DNA of 64,000 bases from positions 3,974 through 67,973 of the forward strand of contig CDMY01000485.1 in the NCBI GenBank assembly GCA_001179505.1, in the 5' to 3' direction. Shown piece by piece: positions 46,684 to 60,371 of this stretch (position 1 is its first letter; each line of letters begins with the position of its first letter). The notes under the pieces are model-generated. The model saw only the letters and a program-made list of their open reading frames with translations. It made no database searches and had not been told where the DNA came from. This DNA comes from Vitrella brassicaformis CCMP3155 (taxonomy: Eukaryota > Protista > Chromerida). The translations under genes and the position numbers were made by a program.

Positions 46684-49600
46684 ATGTCGTTGTCGCCGCT
46701 CCCGAGCGGCCTGCAGATGGAGTCTCCTCCCGACACCAACCCCGAACAACAAGGTGAGCCGTCACCCACACACCACGACACCACACAAGACGCCACTGTG
46801 TGTGTGGTCTTGTGGTGTGTGGCGGTGTTCAGGAGACATGAGCCAGGAGGGTATCTCGGCTGGTGTGATGGATGACGCTGCTGCGATAGAGGCCGAGAAG
46901 CCTGTTGAAGCTGATGCCGCCCAGCCAGCAGGGCCATCAGAGAAAAGCGCCACGGAGGGAGAGAGGGGACAGGAGACGACACACGGCATGAAAGGTCAGG
47001 CAACTCACCAGCCGACACACAGCAACACTCGTCTCATCCTATGTGTGTATGTGTGTGATGTGTGGGCAGATTCCCTGTGTCCACCCCTTCTGGCTCCCTC
47101 GGCTACACCATCACCGGCTGCCGACACATCCGCCCCCAAACCACAGCCGCAGCCACTAGTAGCGTCGATCGGAGATACCATGACGGCCACCCGTGCCGCA
47201 TCAGATGTCTTCCCCACCCCGCCCACCGACACCACCAACACCACAGCGCCACTCTACGCCCCCATCGGCCGCACCGCAGACCCCCTTCCGAGCGCCAGTA
47301 GCAAGCTGCCGCCCCTTCCCGAGCCATCGGCCACGTCGACGGGCGCCTTCAGCCTGTTTGGTGGCGGCGGCTCTTCCCTCTTCTCACAGCCGCCCCCGAC
47401 GGCCAGCATGGCGTCCATCGGCGAGTCGGCGTCGACATCGTGGGGGGACCACGACTCCATCCAGATGCTCAAATCCATTTGGAAGGGACCACTGCCGTCA
47501 TCGGACACCAACACCATCGGCACAACAGCCGCAGCCGCAGCCAAGGCACCGGGCGCCGATGTCGGGGGCGGTCTGATGCCCTCCTCCTCCAGCACGCTGA
47601 GCACGGCCGTGACGGGCATGTCGCAGGCTGCACCGCCCACACCCACCGATGCCAACGGCCGCACACCCACCGGGCTGCGGACGCCTGAGGGCGCCGTGTC
47701 GTCCTCTACCGGTGCTTCGGGTGCATCAGGTGTGCAGCGCATCGGGCAGGGTCAGCCACCGCCGGTCGGCGACGGTCCGACCAAGATAGAGTCTGGCATT
47801 TTGAAGGAGCTGCTGCGGCTCGGGAAGCTGGCACAGAGCAATCCCGCCATGGCTGAAGGACTGCTAGGTGACTTCACAGCACGGACAACACGAAAGCCAC
47901 GCGCAGACGCAAAATGTCGTGATGTGTCGTGATGTGTTGTGGTCGTGATGTGTGTGCAGTAGGCAAGGATGACATGACCATGTTGTCGGTGTTGGCCAAG
48001 GCGCTGGCCAACGGGGCGCTGACGACCGAACAGCTGCAGGAAATCCTCATCAAGCCAGGCGCCGCCAACGAACCCAAACACGTTCGGACCACTGCCGCCG
48101 GTGCTGCCCCTGCCGCAGTTTCTGGTGGCGTTGCACCAGGAGATATCTCAACTGCATCGCAGTAAGCACATAACACAAACCACAGAGACACACCCAGGGC
48201 AGCAGCATCTGTATTGCCCTCTCTTCATGTCGTGTGTTGGATCGCTCCCTCAGCTTTGCGCTCCCTCAGCGCGCGACGTCTCACCCCTCTAGCGACTCGT
48301 CAGAGCGCCCGTCGACCATCCAGGCCACATCGCCCTCCCAGCCCCCTCCCCCTCCCCCCGCACAGACCCCACCGCCCCTCCACCACCAGCAGCTGGGGGG
48401 CCACACCCCCTCATCCGCCAGCACTGTCGCGCGAGGCATCGATGCTGCTGGTGCCGCCGGTGCGGGTGCGTTTCCCCCGTCCAGTGAGGGCACTCCCCAA
48501 CTGAACAAGAGCCAGCAGGCCATGCGCGACCTGCTGGCCAACGAGGTGCGCAAGACCATCTCCATCAACTCTGAGGAGCTCCCGTTGCCGCGGCTCTACA
48601 CGCAGCCCAAGGCGGCGCCACCCGTACCGAATCTTCTGGGCGCCGCCGCTGCGACGCGCCCGCAGATTCCCCGGCCGCGGCCCACTGAGGTGCCTTACGC
48701 GGCCAGCCTGCCGGTGCAGCAGCAGCTCCAGTCTACGGGGCGGCCCACCGTCCCCCTCCCGCCCGGCGTGAGTGCCGCTACGCTCACTGCCACCACTCTG
48801 CTGCTGCAGCGGGGCCCTCCCTCTCTGCTGGGCGCCGCGCCAGGCGTCCCCAAGAGGCCCCAGCCACCCCCACCACAGCTACCACAACTGCCGCATCACT
48901 CCCCCCAGGCGCCCCAGCCGCCACGCCCGAGGCCCCCACCGCTGTCGACCCTCCAGCTGCCAGCCTACGCGGGCGGCGGGCCGGGGACGCCAGGTCAGCG
49001 GGTCAAGCCGCCAGGCGAGCGTCCGCTGACCAAGATCGACCCCACCATCATCAACCGACTCGTCGACGTGGTGCGGCAGGCCCTCAGCGAGCCGGTGGAG
49101 ATCGGAAGGGCACGGCTGGAGCAGGCTGTGCAGCAGGTGGGTGGGGTGGGCGTGTTGGCCTCGCTCCTCACCATGGCCGTCGCGCAGCCTGGCGGGCCCC
49201 CTGGGGGGGCGCCTGCGCGGCCCCGGTCGCCGTCAGTGCCGGCTGACTCTCATGGAGCGAATCTCGCGTCGAGGCTGATGACCAGTTTGGCTGCGTTGGA
49301 CTCGGCCAGCGCGTCTGCACCGACGCCCCCTCCCTCGTCCACCAAGCCGCCCGACTTCTCGCCTCCCACGCCCACATCGACGTCCGGTTTGATGCTTCCC
49401 CAGCCACCCCCTCCACCGGCCAGTGACATGCTGGCGAGCCTCATGGCGGTTGGCGGCGCTGCTGGCCCACCGCCCATGACGCCTCCGTCGATGCAGCCTG
49501 ACGACTGGGGCTACAGCCGGTCGCGGCAGCCGCAGCCGCAGAGCCCTCACAGCATGCACCTGTCCGACCTGACCGACATCAACGCCCTCAACCAGAAGTT

Positions 49601-52453
49601 GCTCCGCCAGCAGGCGGCTGCGGCTGCAGCTGCTGCAGCAGCGACATCGGCATCGGCGTCCCCCCCGCCCCCATCTCCACCGCCAGGCTTCGGCCCACCA
49701 CCGGGGTTCGACGAGCCCAACGAGATGGTGGGGTTGAGTGCCGGGCCACTGACACTCCCGGCCCCAGTGCAGGGTTCGGCGCTGGCCACATCCAGCAGTC
49801 TCAATGCCGACGCGCCTCCTTTCACTATGCCCGAGACCAGCACGAGCCTCCCTGACGTGTCAAAGCCGCCGCCGGTGCCCGAGGACGCGCAGCCGCAGGG
49901 GCCGGACAAGCAGCTCATCATCGACTCGCTGCTGGACAGCATCGGGGCCGCCGAGGTGGGCGTGGGCGGCGCATCGGTGTCTGCTGAGGAGGGGGGAGAG
50001 AGCAGTGTGGGCGATGTGGCGGGGGAGGTGGCGAGCAGTGTGCCGGTGGTGGAGCGGGCGCCGTCGCCCTCTGCGGTGCCGCCATACGCCTTCCCCCCTC
50101 ACCCACGTGAGGCGTCCGAGACGGCAGAAGCAAAGATCCACTCACTCTTCACCGGTAAGAGGGGACTAGGCGGGAGACGACCAACACGCACACACCGCAA
50201 TGCATCCTCATCTCGTGTTGTGATGCGTTGTGTTGTGTTGTGTGTGTTCAGAGTCGCCCAAGGCGGCCAAGAGTGAGCCTGTCAAGGTGCCCTCACCGTC
50301 GGCCTCCCTCCCGCCCCCCTCACCCATCCCCCACTACGAGTGCGACGACGCCTCACCCAAGTCCATCAGCACCGTGTCCGACACCAACGACGGCACCGTC
50401 ATTGTGATCGTGGAGCACCACCGAGCCGTCGACGTGACGGTGGAGGGTGCGGTGCAGACCCTCAACAATGTCGAGTCGTTCGTGTTTGCGTCGGCTGAGG
50501 TCAGGCCGGGCGACAGCGTCAGCACCCTGATGAGGGCGGCGGCCTCTCGGCCCGGTGTCGAGACACAGGGGCCGCTGGTGCCGGTGCACCCCGACGGCAG
50601 CCCCGTGACCCATCCCAACATCACCCGCTGCCGTGACGTGGGCGTCGTTGTCGAGAGGGAGAGCAGCCGCCACCTGCTGTGCTTCATCAAGCCGCGCGCC
50701 AAGCCGCCCACGGGGGGCAGCACCGAGGGCAAGGTCACCATCCTCGTGCTCAAGTGGGATGTGGACCCCGAGAAGCGCTACGAGCCTGACAACAAGCTGG
50801 TGGAGACCGAGGACTTCCACTCCGGTTCGAAGATATCGGAGGTGGTGAGGCTCGTCAACGACCAGTATCCCCGGCACATGTTCATGGCCGTCGGCCTGGA
50901 TGGCAAGGCGCTCCCCAAACCGGGCGAGAAGACGGTCAGCGTGGCTGAGGAGAAGTACTCCATCGCAGAGGAGAACGAGGAGGGCGAGATGGAGGAGCGG
51001 ACCGTATACGTGTTGTACGTCAAGAGCATGAAGGCACACGACCCCGACAAGGGACCCCTCCGCATTGCTGCGCCCGAAGCGGTGAGTCAATGGGTGGCCG
51101 AGGGCGAGGGACAGAACAGGGCACAACACAACACAAAACACATTTCGGCACCCCCTCACTCCTTCTCTCTGATGTGTCTGTGTGTCTCTCAGGGTCTGCA
51201 TCGACATGTCAGCGGCGCCCAGACCCTGACAGAAGACCGCGACGGTGAGTCCAGCCGCTCCAGCCGTGACGCGGGCAACCGCTCCCTCACCTACCCCGAC
51301 CTCGACAGCGCATGGGAGGAGTACTCAGGCCGCCAGCACGACCACCGCGACCGAGACCCAGAGGACTACGCCTCCTTCCACAAGAACTCCTACCGCCGGG
51401 ATGGCACCTTCCAGCCCGTCGGAAGCAAGCGCAGCGGCAAAAGCGGTCGCTCCCGCTCCAAGGGCGGCTCGTCATCACGCGATGACTCCTTCTACGATGA
51501 GGGCGACTATGACGGCTATGGCGACTACGGTGACCGCGCCGGCATGCGCAGCCAGTGGGAGTACGACACCAAGACAGACCAGAGCGGCCGCAAGCGCAAC
51601 AGGCGACGCGACACGCTGTCAGACGACCGATGGGGTGACCCTCCCGAGGCATCCAGCCGCTCCAAGGGCCGGCAGGGGTCGCGCCCTCGCCAGTGGGACA
51701 ACGACGACACAGGCGGGTTCTCGCCCAACGTNNNNNNNNNNNNNNNNNNNNNNNNNNNNNNNNNNNNNNNNNNNNNNNNNNNNNNNNNNNNNNNNNNNNN
51801 NNNNNNNNNNNNNNNNNNNNNNNNNNNNNNNNNNNNNNNNNNNNNNNNNNNNNNNNNNNNNNNNNNNNNNNNNNNNNNNNNNNNNNNNNNNNNNNNNNNN
51901 NNNNNNNNNNNNNNNNNNNNNNNNNNNNNNNNNNNNNNNNNNNNNNNNNNNNNNNNNNNNNNNNNNNNNNNNNNNNNNNNNNNNNNNNNNNNNNNNNNNN
52001 NNNNNNNNNNNNNNNNNNNNNNNNNNNNNNNGCGGGTTCTCGCCCAACGTGAGTGCCATCCTGGGGCTGCCGACCAGGCGTGAGAAGGGCGAGGCGGGCC
52101 GCACCGTCCGGCGCAACAACAACACCGACTCGCTGTGGATGAAGAAGTCGTCAGAGGAGGAGATGTCCAGCGAGGGGGGCGGTGGGCCGACCACCACGTC
52201 GGCTGGGCCACGCGCGGCCGAGACTAGCAGTGGTAGTGGTGTGGGGGATGACGAGGGCAAGAAGGGGGCTTCTCGCGGTGCCAAGGGGGCTGCAGCATCA
52301 GCATCAGCCGCAGCAGGGTCGGCTCGCGAGCGGCCGTGGGATCGGCCGGCGGGTTCTAAGTGGGTGGCCAAGAGCGACGGGACACCCAAGGCCACGTCGC
52401 CATCGTCTGTGGCGGACGGGGGCGAAGCTGATACCAGCAATACGGACGCTTGA
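46684..52453 (+). CDS. Large Pro/Ser-rich protein with PAM2-like and PPGF motifs, a globular (possibly ubiquitin-like) region and an R/D/G-rich tail; spans an assembly gap
   Basis: Long coding-biased exons (46814-, 47069-, 47959-, 48252-50155, 50251-51081, 51192-) join in frame. Stop TGA at 52451-52453. Confidence 0.8.
51732..52031. other. Assembly gap (300 N)
   Basis: Run of N. The identical 19-mer GCGGGTTCTCGCCCAACGT sits on both sides. Confidence 1.
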
Positions 52454-53907
52454 TCCGTCCTTGATACCCAAAGGCGTGCGCCATCTAGTCTATATGTAAG
52501 TGAAGTGCAACGACACAACGACACAAACCAGCCACTGGCAGTCCAGCCGCTTTCATGGTCTTTGTGTGTGCGGTGTCAGGCATGTGGTGTGACTGATGTA
52601 CTGCGTACTGAGCGTCTCTCCTCTTCTCGTCTCGTCTCGTCTCGTCGTCTTTTTGACCATGTTTTTGCCTCAGGCGTCCGCCACGGAGCCCACGCGCTCG
52701 CGCATTCATTGATTCTTTCGACACTAGGGAACTCTCTCTACACTACTTGCTCACTGACTACTACTACTACACACCTTTTCTACCCTGCCTCTTAACTGCC
52801 TGCTTGCCTCTCTGCTCATCTCTCCCTTCCTGCCTGTGTGTGCCTGTGTGTGTGTGTGTGTGTGTGTGAATCCATCATATGTCCGTAACGGTATTTGGTC
52901 TCAATTAAGCATGGCAAGCCGGACAGCAGCCAGCCAGCCGACCGAGCACAAGTGCAAGCCGCAAAGCAAGGAGGGCGGACAGGCCAGCCCTGTTCTCCCG
53001 TCCCGTCCGTCGATTTTCTTCTCAGTCTCGCCTGCCCATCTGTCTGTCTAGCATCGCTGCCTCCCTGCGACGGTCGGGGTGGTGGGTGTGGCGGGCGCAG
53101 GCAGGGGCGAGTGCCTGCCTGCCTGCCACGGTGTGGTGTGGTGTGGTGTGTCTGTCTTTGTCTAGACGGTGTATGTGTGTGCGAGGGCTTATACAGGTGC
53201 TAGAGGCAGCGAGACGTATCGGCTTGGTCGGCTGGGCCCATTACTTTCCTATACATTCAACCTGCGTGCTTATGTATCCATGCCTGTCTGTGCGTGAGTG
53301 TCCATCCATGGATGAGTGAGTGAGCGGAAGACATAATGCATATGTGTGCATCGGATTGCGGGGCGGGAGTGGTGGGTGGGGGAGTGGGGGTGGGCGGGTC
53401 CCTCTCTCTCTTTCTAGCCTCCTCGTCTCTCTCCCTATTCCATCTGCCCGACCGCCCCCAATGCACGCTGCGTCTGTTGTCTGTCCACGACATACCCATG
53501 TCCTTTTCTTTCTTTTCCCCCCTCCCTCCTAAGGTTCTTTGCTGTAGGCGTGGCGTGGCGGCGGCCGCTACTCGCCACCTCTCGAGTAGCGGTGCTGCCC
53601 GCCACTGTCTGTTTCGTTGAACGCCTTCCCTCCCCGATAATGCCTGGCTGGCTGGTTGGCTGCTGCTGAATGAGTGGGTGAGAGGGGGCGGGCTGCTTGC
53701 TTTGATAAGAGGGGGCTGGGTATGGTGAGCTGCTGTGTGTTTGTCTTGACCTGCAATTGATGATCGGCTGCTGTTCTGCATGACTGCTTGCTTGAATGGT
53801 TGTTGAAGAAAACCGGCTGGCTGAGCGAGTCGAATGCCTGCCTGCCTGCCTCCTAACTAACTGACTGACTGACTGTTTCTTGCCTTAATTGTCCAAAGCT
53901 TTATCGA

Positions 53908-56900
53908 CGTGAGGCTCTCACGTACGTGTCTGCCTGCCGTGCACTCACTGCTGTGCGCCGTGCCGCCCCGAATCTGCAGTGGGGGGCGGCACGGCGAGTG
54001 GGGCCATGGTCGGTGTGATGTGGGGATGGGCTGCTGGGTGAGGGGGACCGGTGGGTGGTGTCTTGTTGACGTGGTGCGGTTGATCCACTGTACTTTCTCG
54101 CCGGTGGTGCTGTGTTGTGCTGCGTGTGGTGCATGGGACCTCCATGTGTGTGTGCCATACTGACTATGCTATGCTATGGTGTGGTGTGGTGTGAGCTGCT
54201 GTGTGAGAGGTGAGGTGAGCTGTGTATCTGCGCCTCCTTTTTTTCTGTAGCGGACTGACTGACTGTGAGCGAATCTGAAGAGAGAGAGAGCGACGCCCGT
54301 GGGGCTGGACGATAAGAGCGCTGGGGACCGATATGACGCTACGCTACGCTATGCTATGCTTTGCCGTGCCATTGGCCTAACACAGACAGACATCCACCAC
54401 ACGCAACCAACCACGGACTAACTGGTTTCTGCCGATCCACACACATATGCACTCACTCGGTTGCCTATCCTTCTCTGCCGCTCAGCTGCCTGCCTACCTT
54501 TTGACCTGGCTGCCACTGCGGTGAATTGCACACGGTGCCTTGCTGATGCCCTCACTCTATTTTGGATCGTCGCCCCCACACACACGCACCCGACAGAACA
54601 GATGACGCGACTGACAGAGATGGACAGTGGGGGGGCGGGAGTGAGGGGCAGAGGCGATGAGAAGAGAAGAACAGACGAGCCCACGAGACCAGCCAGCCAG
54701 GATCGATCAGCCAGCTGGTGCTGCACTTAGCTTATGTACTGCATGCCTGCAATGCGTCCACCCGTCGCCCTCTCGCTGCCTCTCTGCCTGCCTGCCTGCC
54801 TGTGTCGGGCGGCTACATTTGTCAAAAACCCATATTGTGCTCACTGCCTGGTCATGTGAAGAATGACGATACCACCCAGCCAACCAGCGGCAAGTGCCAT
54901 GCCACCGTGAGGGCCGGTCTAGCCAGAAAGACAGAGAGGCTACTCCCACATGATAGGGGCCGGCCTACCGTGTCGTCGCCTCTGCACATTCATTGTGTGT
55001 GTTGGCATCGTGGCACGTCAAGTCGACTCACACACAAGCGTGATGGCGGCAGAAGGAGAGGGGGCTGCCGCCCTCCTCAGCATCGACCCCTTTTGACTTG
55101 GCTGGCTTGCTTGCTCATGGGCCGAAGTGACTTGCTCCATGCGAACGCACTGCCTGTCTGTCTGTGTGATGCATCCGTGTGTGATGTGCATGACCGCATG
55201 TCTGTGTGTGTCTCTGTCCGTGTGTTGTGGATTTGGACCATGCACCGTTGGACCACACACATCCCTCCATTCAAACCTTTAAGTGTATCTCTGTCTGTCT
55301 CACTGGCGGCGCCACGCGCGGGCAGCCATATTCATTTGTGCCGACTTCCAGCCATCCGGTCAGAAACCAAGTGCTTGGGCAGTCACACATTCCTGCATCG
55401 ACCATCCATCACGTTTGGTGTATCTTGTTCACCAAGAGGCCGTGCAGTCAGTTGGTGTCTCACGCCGCCTATTTGATCTTCGCCTTGATCTCTTTCATGT
55501 GCCCCTCCATCCTTGCCTCCATCTCCGCCTGTCGTCTGTCCATCTCCGTCAGCCGCTTGTCCATCTGCTTTTCCGTTTGTTTCTGCTCTGTCCGCACCTC
55601 CGCGAGTTGTGTCCGCATCTCCCGCAAGGCTGAGGGGCAAAGAAATGAATGGGCTTCCGAAGAAAAAGAGTGCTCTGCCGTGTACTGCCTCCCTGTGGGT
55701 CCTGTCTCACCAGCCATGACATCAGGCACGCTCGAGTCGTGATGGTCGGCCGCCTCAATCCACTTGTCGATGCTGTCCTTGAATTTGATCCGTGCTTTGC
55801 GTCTCTGATCAGCCATCTCCGAAATGTCAGTTCCGGTGGCGCCAAAAGAAAACAGCCCCTACCCGAGAGAAACGAGACAAAGCCATTGATTGTCTCATGT
55901 GACTTGTCTTAAGTTGACCCTCACTCGCTGGGCGTATTGGCACAGAAGAAAAAGTGACATCAGGAGGATGACAAGGGGTATGACCAGTACCTCCCAATAG
56001 TTCCCTCCCCGTATCAGTCGTGGGAGACGCTCCAGCACTTTGTAGATGGCCACGGGTGTGAAGGCGACGGCGAAAAGGAGTCCGTCGACGGTAAAGTACA
56101 GAGCCACCATCGACCAGAAGGCAATGCGGCAGAGTGCCGACTGATGTCGCCGTTGTTCGCTGATGAGGGAGGCGAGATACCGCAGGGGCTCCGACACGAC
56201 CACAGCTGCACACACACAGATGCCCACATGTGACGGATGCATTTCATGACTCTTGTGGCACCGACCGATGAGGTTGAATGGCGACGGCAGTCGCTCGTGG
56301 TGCGGCATTGTCAGATACTCATTCAACACGCGAATACGCAGCAGCCTGCGGAGATGAGCGGAGAGAGGGCCATTATGTGCCGCTGTCTGTCTGTCTGTCT
56401 CCCTCGTCCCTGATACTGATATTGTGCAGCCTGTGTCTCCTCGATGGCCGAATACGTCGACGCCTGACATACACAGAGAAAGATTGAACAGCCACATGGC
56501 CCACTCGATTTCCCTTGTATCTCGTGTCTGTCTCACCATGATGGCGATGAGCAGGTTGAGCTATCGATGGATGCCGGCAGACACAAAGAGAGACAGGGAC
56601 AACAAAGGGAGTCCTTGTGTGTTGCTGAGAGAACGAGTGGTTTCGACGTACGAGTATGATGGACGAGAGGATGACGTAAGTGAACAGCAGGACGGCCCCC
56701 AGCGTGTCGTGGCTCTCTATGGCGTTGGTCAGCGCCTCGTTGAACTCACCGAGACCCGCGTAGAAACTGCACAGCACAACAAGACAGAGAGAGGCAGGTG
56801 TCCCTTTCCTCTGTGTCTTCTCATGAGGTCCCATGCGCACAGAGTGAGTGTGGCTTTGGGGAAGGAGCCGAAGTACTGGTGGTCTTCGTCGGACGAGAGG

Positions 56901-59710
56901 ACGGTGAAGACGCCCGCGAAGACCAGCAGGATGTAGACGTACAGACACAGAAACATGCTGATGTCCGAAAACATCCTCACAACCGCACTGACACACACAC
57001 ACCACACACAGCATCAGACGCCTCTCTCTGTGTGTCTGTGTGGCTCCCTTTCACTGACAGTATGAGTGGCCCCACGGTTGGCTGCAGGCTGGCGGTTTGC
57101 AGGAGGCGCAGCGCAAAGAGCAGCGCTATGACGATCAATGAGCTCACTTCCGCCTCGGCAGAGTAGCCCAGGAAGTGGACGGCAATAAAGGCAGTGATCG
57201 CCAGGCTTGAAGACATGTCGATGACATTCCTGTGCAGTGATGTATGCCATAAAGATGAGGTCGCCAGTATGGTTGTCTCTGCATTTCGGACTCGTACCAT
57301 GAGTCGGCCCAGTAGGCTGCCTTCAGGCGGACGCCCTGCAGACACACAGAGGGGATGTCGTCGTTTCTCAGTCATGTCTCCCGATCTATCTCACTTGGAA
57401 GGCCTCCTGAATCACGAAGCCGATGCCGGTCAGCACTGCCCCCCACAGCCACACCGACTGGCCCATCACGGCACTCTCAATCACGCCGCTGTCTCCTCTG
57501 ATCGACTCGATGTGCAGCAGCACAAAGGCCACCCTGCAACACACACAGACAAGAGGTGCCATGCGCTTTCTCTGCCTCCATCGTGGTCCATGTCTGTCGT
57601 CTTACATCAGCAGCATTGACAGCACGCGGGTAATAAAGACATCACGGGGTGCAAACTGAATCCCAAAAAAGTCAGTATGTGGTGGTTGCCAGTGCTTTGT
57701 GACGAGAGAGATGCAGTTGGCTGTAACAATTATTGGCAGAAGGACGACGCCATGAGCGGATCGACAGCCAAAAGGGTGAGGTCTCTGTGTTGGCTACCTT
57801 GAGTCACTACTGTCAGGGGCTCCGCAGATTCGAGCAGCGCAAACCACTCTCTCTCTTTGCCCTTAAGTGAGTTTCGGAACAAGTCTTCGTCTGTATCGCT
57901 GCAGAAGTTAGCCGTGAGAGCCTGAACCGATTGGATAATCACACGCAGAAGCAGAGGACGCCTGTGTGTGTGTGGAACATTTACCTCGTTCCAGCCTGCT
58001 GTCTTCTCTAAATCACTGCACACAAAACAAAAGGGGAAAAAGGTGCAGACTCGCATTGTGCTCCGATTCTCTGTCCAACTCACTCTGTGAGGGAGTCATT
58101 CTGCCGAGACTTAATCAATCGGCGGAAGGTAGAGCACCAGCGGAGACTGTCGACGCCCAGCGAATCACATCGCCTCAGGCACTGTCCTAAGCCGTATTTC
58201 GCGTAGGGGACCGCTTTGGGAAGGAGCTCTGGATCCTGCAGCACGCTCTCGAGCTTCTCGTCATCTGTCCCCAGGAGCTCCATAGCGACCGCCCCAGCCA
58301 CGGCAAACATCGCACCAACGAATTTTGGGTCGTTTGCCCTCACATAGGTTTCCTCGAGGGCAAAATCGAGAGGCGTCCTTCCGTACTGTCAGAGTCACAT
58401 AACCAGGGACAATACCGAGAAATACCTCGGCGCAGTGCAGCGTACATTGTTTTTGATCCTCAAGAGCTGTGGGTTCACCCTTAACATCCACTCCACCACA
58501 TCGACATGGCGATTCCCTGCAGGAGAACACAAAGAGACACGTTGAAGACTCATGCCCTTGTGGTTGTCATTTGCAGAAGTGAATGACATGCTGCCCGATG
58601 AAGAGGCGTCCAGCCATCCTACAGACACAAAATGGAGAAGACATCTGTCAGCTGTTCAATGCACCAGTCGACATTCCTTTATCCTTACGTTGTCCCGAGC
58701 CTCCAGCAGTTCCTTTCCGCCCCACTCGACAAACTTCTCCACAACACCAACTGACCCTTCTCTTGCTGCCAAGTGAAGAGGCGTGTTGCCACCCTACAGA
58801 CACAGCATGAGGGCAGCAGTGAAGACATCGGTCGGCTGATGAGTAGAATCAGTGTAATTGTCGAGCACGATACCCCATCTTTCAGGTTGAGCAGGTGGTG
58901 TCGGTTGTGCAGCAGCACCTCAAACACCGCCACAGACGAACTTCGCCCTGAGGAGCACACACAGGGGCCACTCAGCTGCATCATCATGTTTGTGTCGTGA
59001 TGCGAAGAGGCGTACCTGCGGCGTAATGGATGGCAGATTCTTCGTTCCGGTAGCCGTATCCAGTCGTCAGCACTTTCTCGGTTTGCTCAGGCAACAGACC
59101 GTCGAGGGCCTTCCGCAGGTCCTCCGCATCTGACGCATCGATGGCTTTCTTGATGCTGTCTCTCAGTGCATCTGTCGGTTCCCACTCGTCGGCGGCCGGG
59201 GCGCCCACCAGGGGGATCTGCAGACGACGCACAGACGTCCGAGAGGCCTCAGAGTCGACTGACACCAACACACCTGCTCGAAGCGTCTCGGTGCCTTGGT
59301 GATGTCATCGGTGACGTCGGGCAGCTGGGGCTCCGTCAGCCCTTGGCCATCGTCCTGCAGGAGAGGAATGTGCTCACTCGAGGCCGACGCCATCTGCAGT
59401 GGACAGACGCACACAGACACCACTCGTCAGAGGCAGCCGCTGGTCACTGTGCCACAAGGGCATTGCAGGGTGACCTTGGGATGGTCTGTCTGTGTGTGGT
59501 GGATGGCCTGCTGTGCGGCAGCGTCGCCCTCGTCGACTCTCGGCAGCTGGATGTAGCACGCCTCATCAACACCACTGGGGCGGCTGTGGCCGTCTCGCAC
59601 ACTGCCGCCCCCCCGGCCCTGCACACGGGGGCTGCGCTGCGTGTGCAGCAAACCCTACATCTTTGCCACACGGGGTCTCCTGGCGCGAGACGCCCACCCC
59701 ACAACTGGGG
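53908..59710. repeat. Inverted duplication of the ANK-TRP gene with its flanks
   Basis: Reverse-complement match to about 39050-44380, and to 30170-32787 at both ends. Confidence 0.9.
55469..59393 (-). CDS. Ankyrin-repeat TRP-type cation channel, copy C (apparently intact)
   Basis: MASASSEHIPLL start. Ankyrin motifs GNTPLHLAAREG and GWTPLHRAA. Pore FYAGLGEF, S6 LNLLIAIM, LPSPFNLI and coiled coil ending KEIKAKIK* at 55469. Splice phases were checked through the ankyrin and first TM exons. Confidence 0.9.
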
Positions 59711-60371
59711 CCCCCAGCTGCACGTGCGAGCTTGAAGTTGGATATGAGCAATTAGGCCTCTTCCCTGCCTTGCCGTGCCTTATGTGTGTGTGGACTCCCT
59801 CGCCGGCTAATCGTCATTGGGTGCAATACACACAAAGGTATCTGCCGCCTCTCTCGTGTCTCTAGTGGATGTGTCCTTGTTCATCTCCGCGGGCCTGTGT
59901 CTCGGTGTGTCACCTGTAAGCCCGCCTGTGTGTTGATGTGTGTCGTCGGACTGGTGTGAGTGGTCGATTTATGGAGGACAGACTTAACTAGTGCATTTGA
60001 GTATACCAACGAATGCATTCAATGGGTGAGACAGCGAGTGGAAGATCAGTATGCAGTGGTCAGGTCAGTCTGTCAGTCGCGCAGCGCCAGCTCCCTGAGC
60101 CGCCTCGCTTAAGCTTTACGACACCGTCGGCACGCGAGATCGATAAGCCACCCTCCTGGGCCATCATCACAACACACCCAGACAGACAGACAGGCAGACA
60201 GACAGACACCCTCGATGAGCGCACATGAAGTATACACCGTTCTGGATGGGCCAGATTTGCTTCAACGCACATCAAGTCCGTCACACAAAAGTCCCTCAAG
60301 CTCACAGATCTACAGTGTCATCAGCTCCTCGGTCCTCAGTCAGATCAGCTCATGATGGCTACCCTGGGTCG

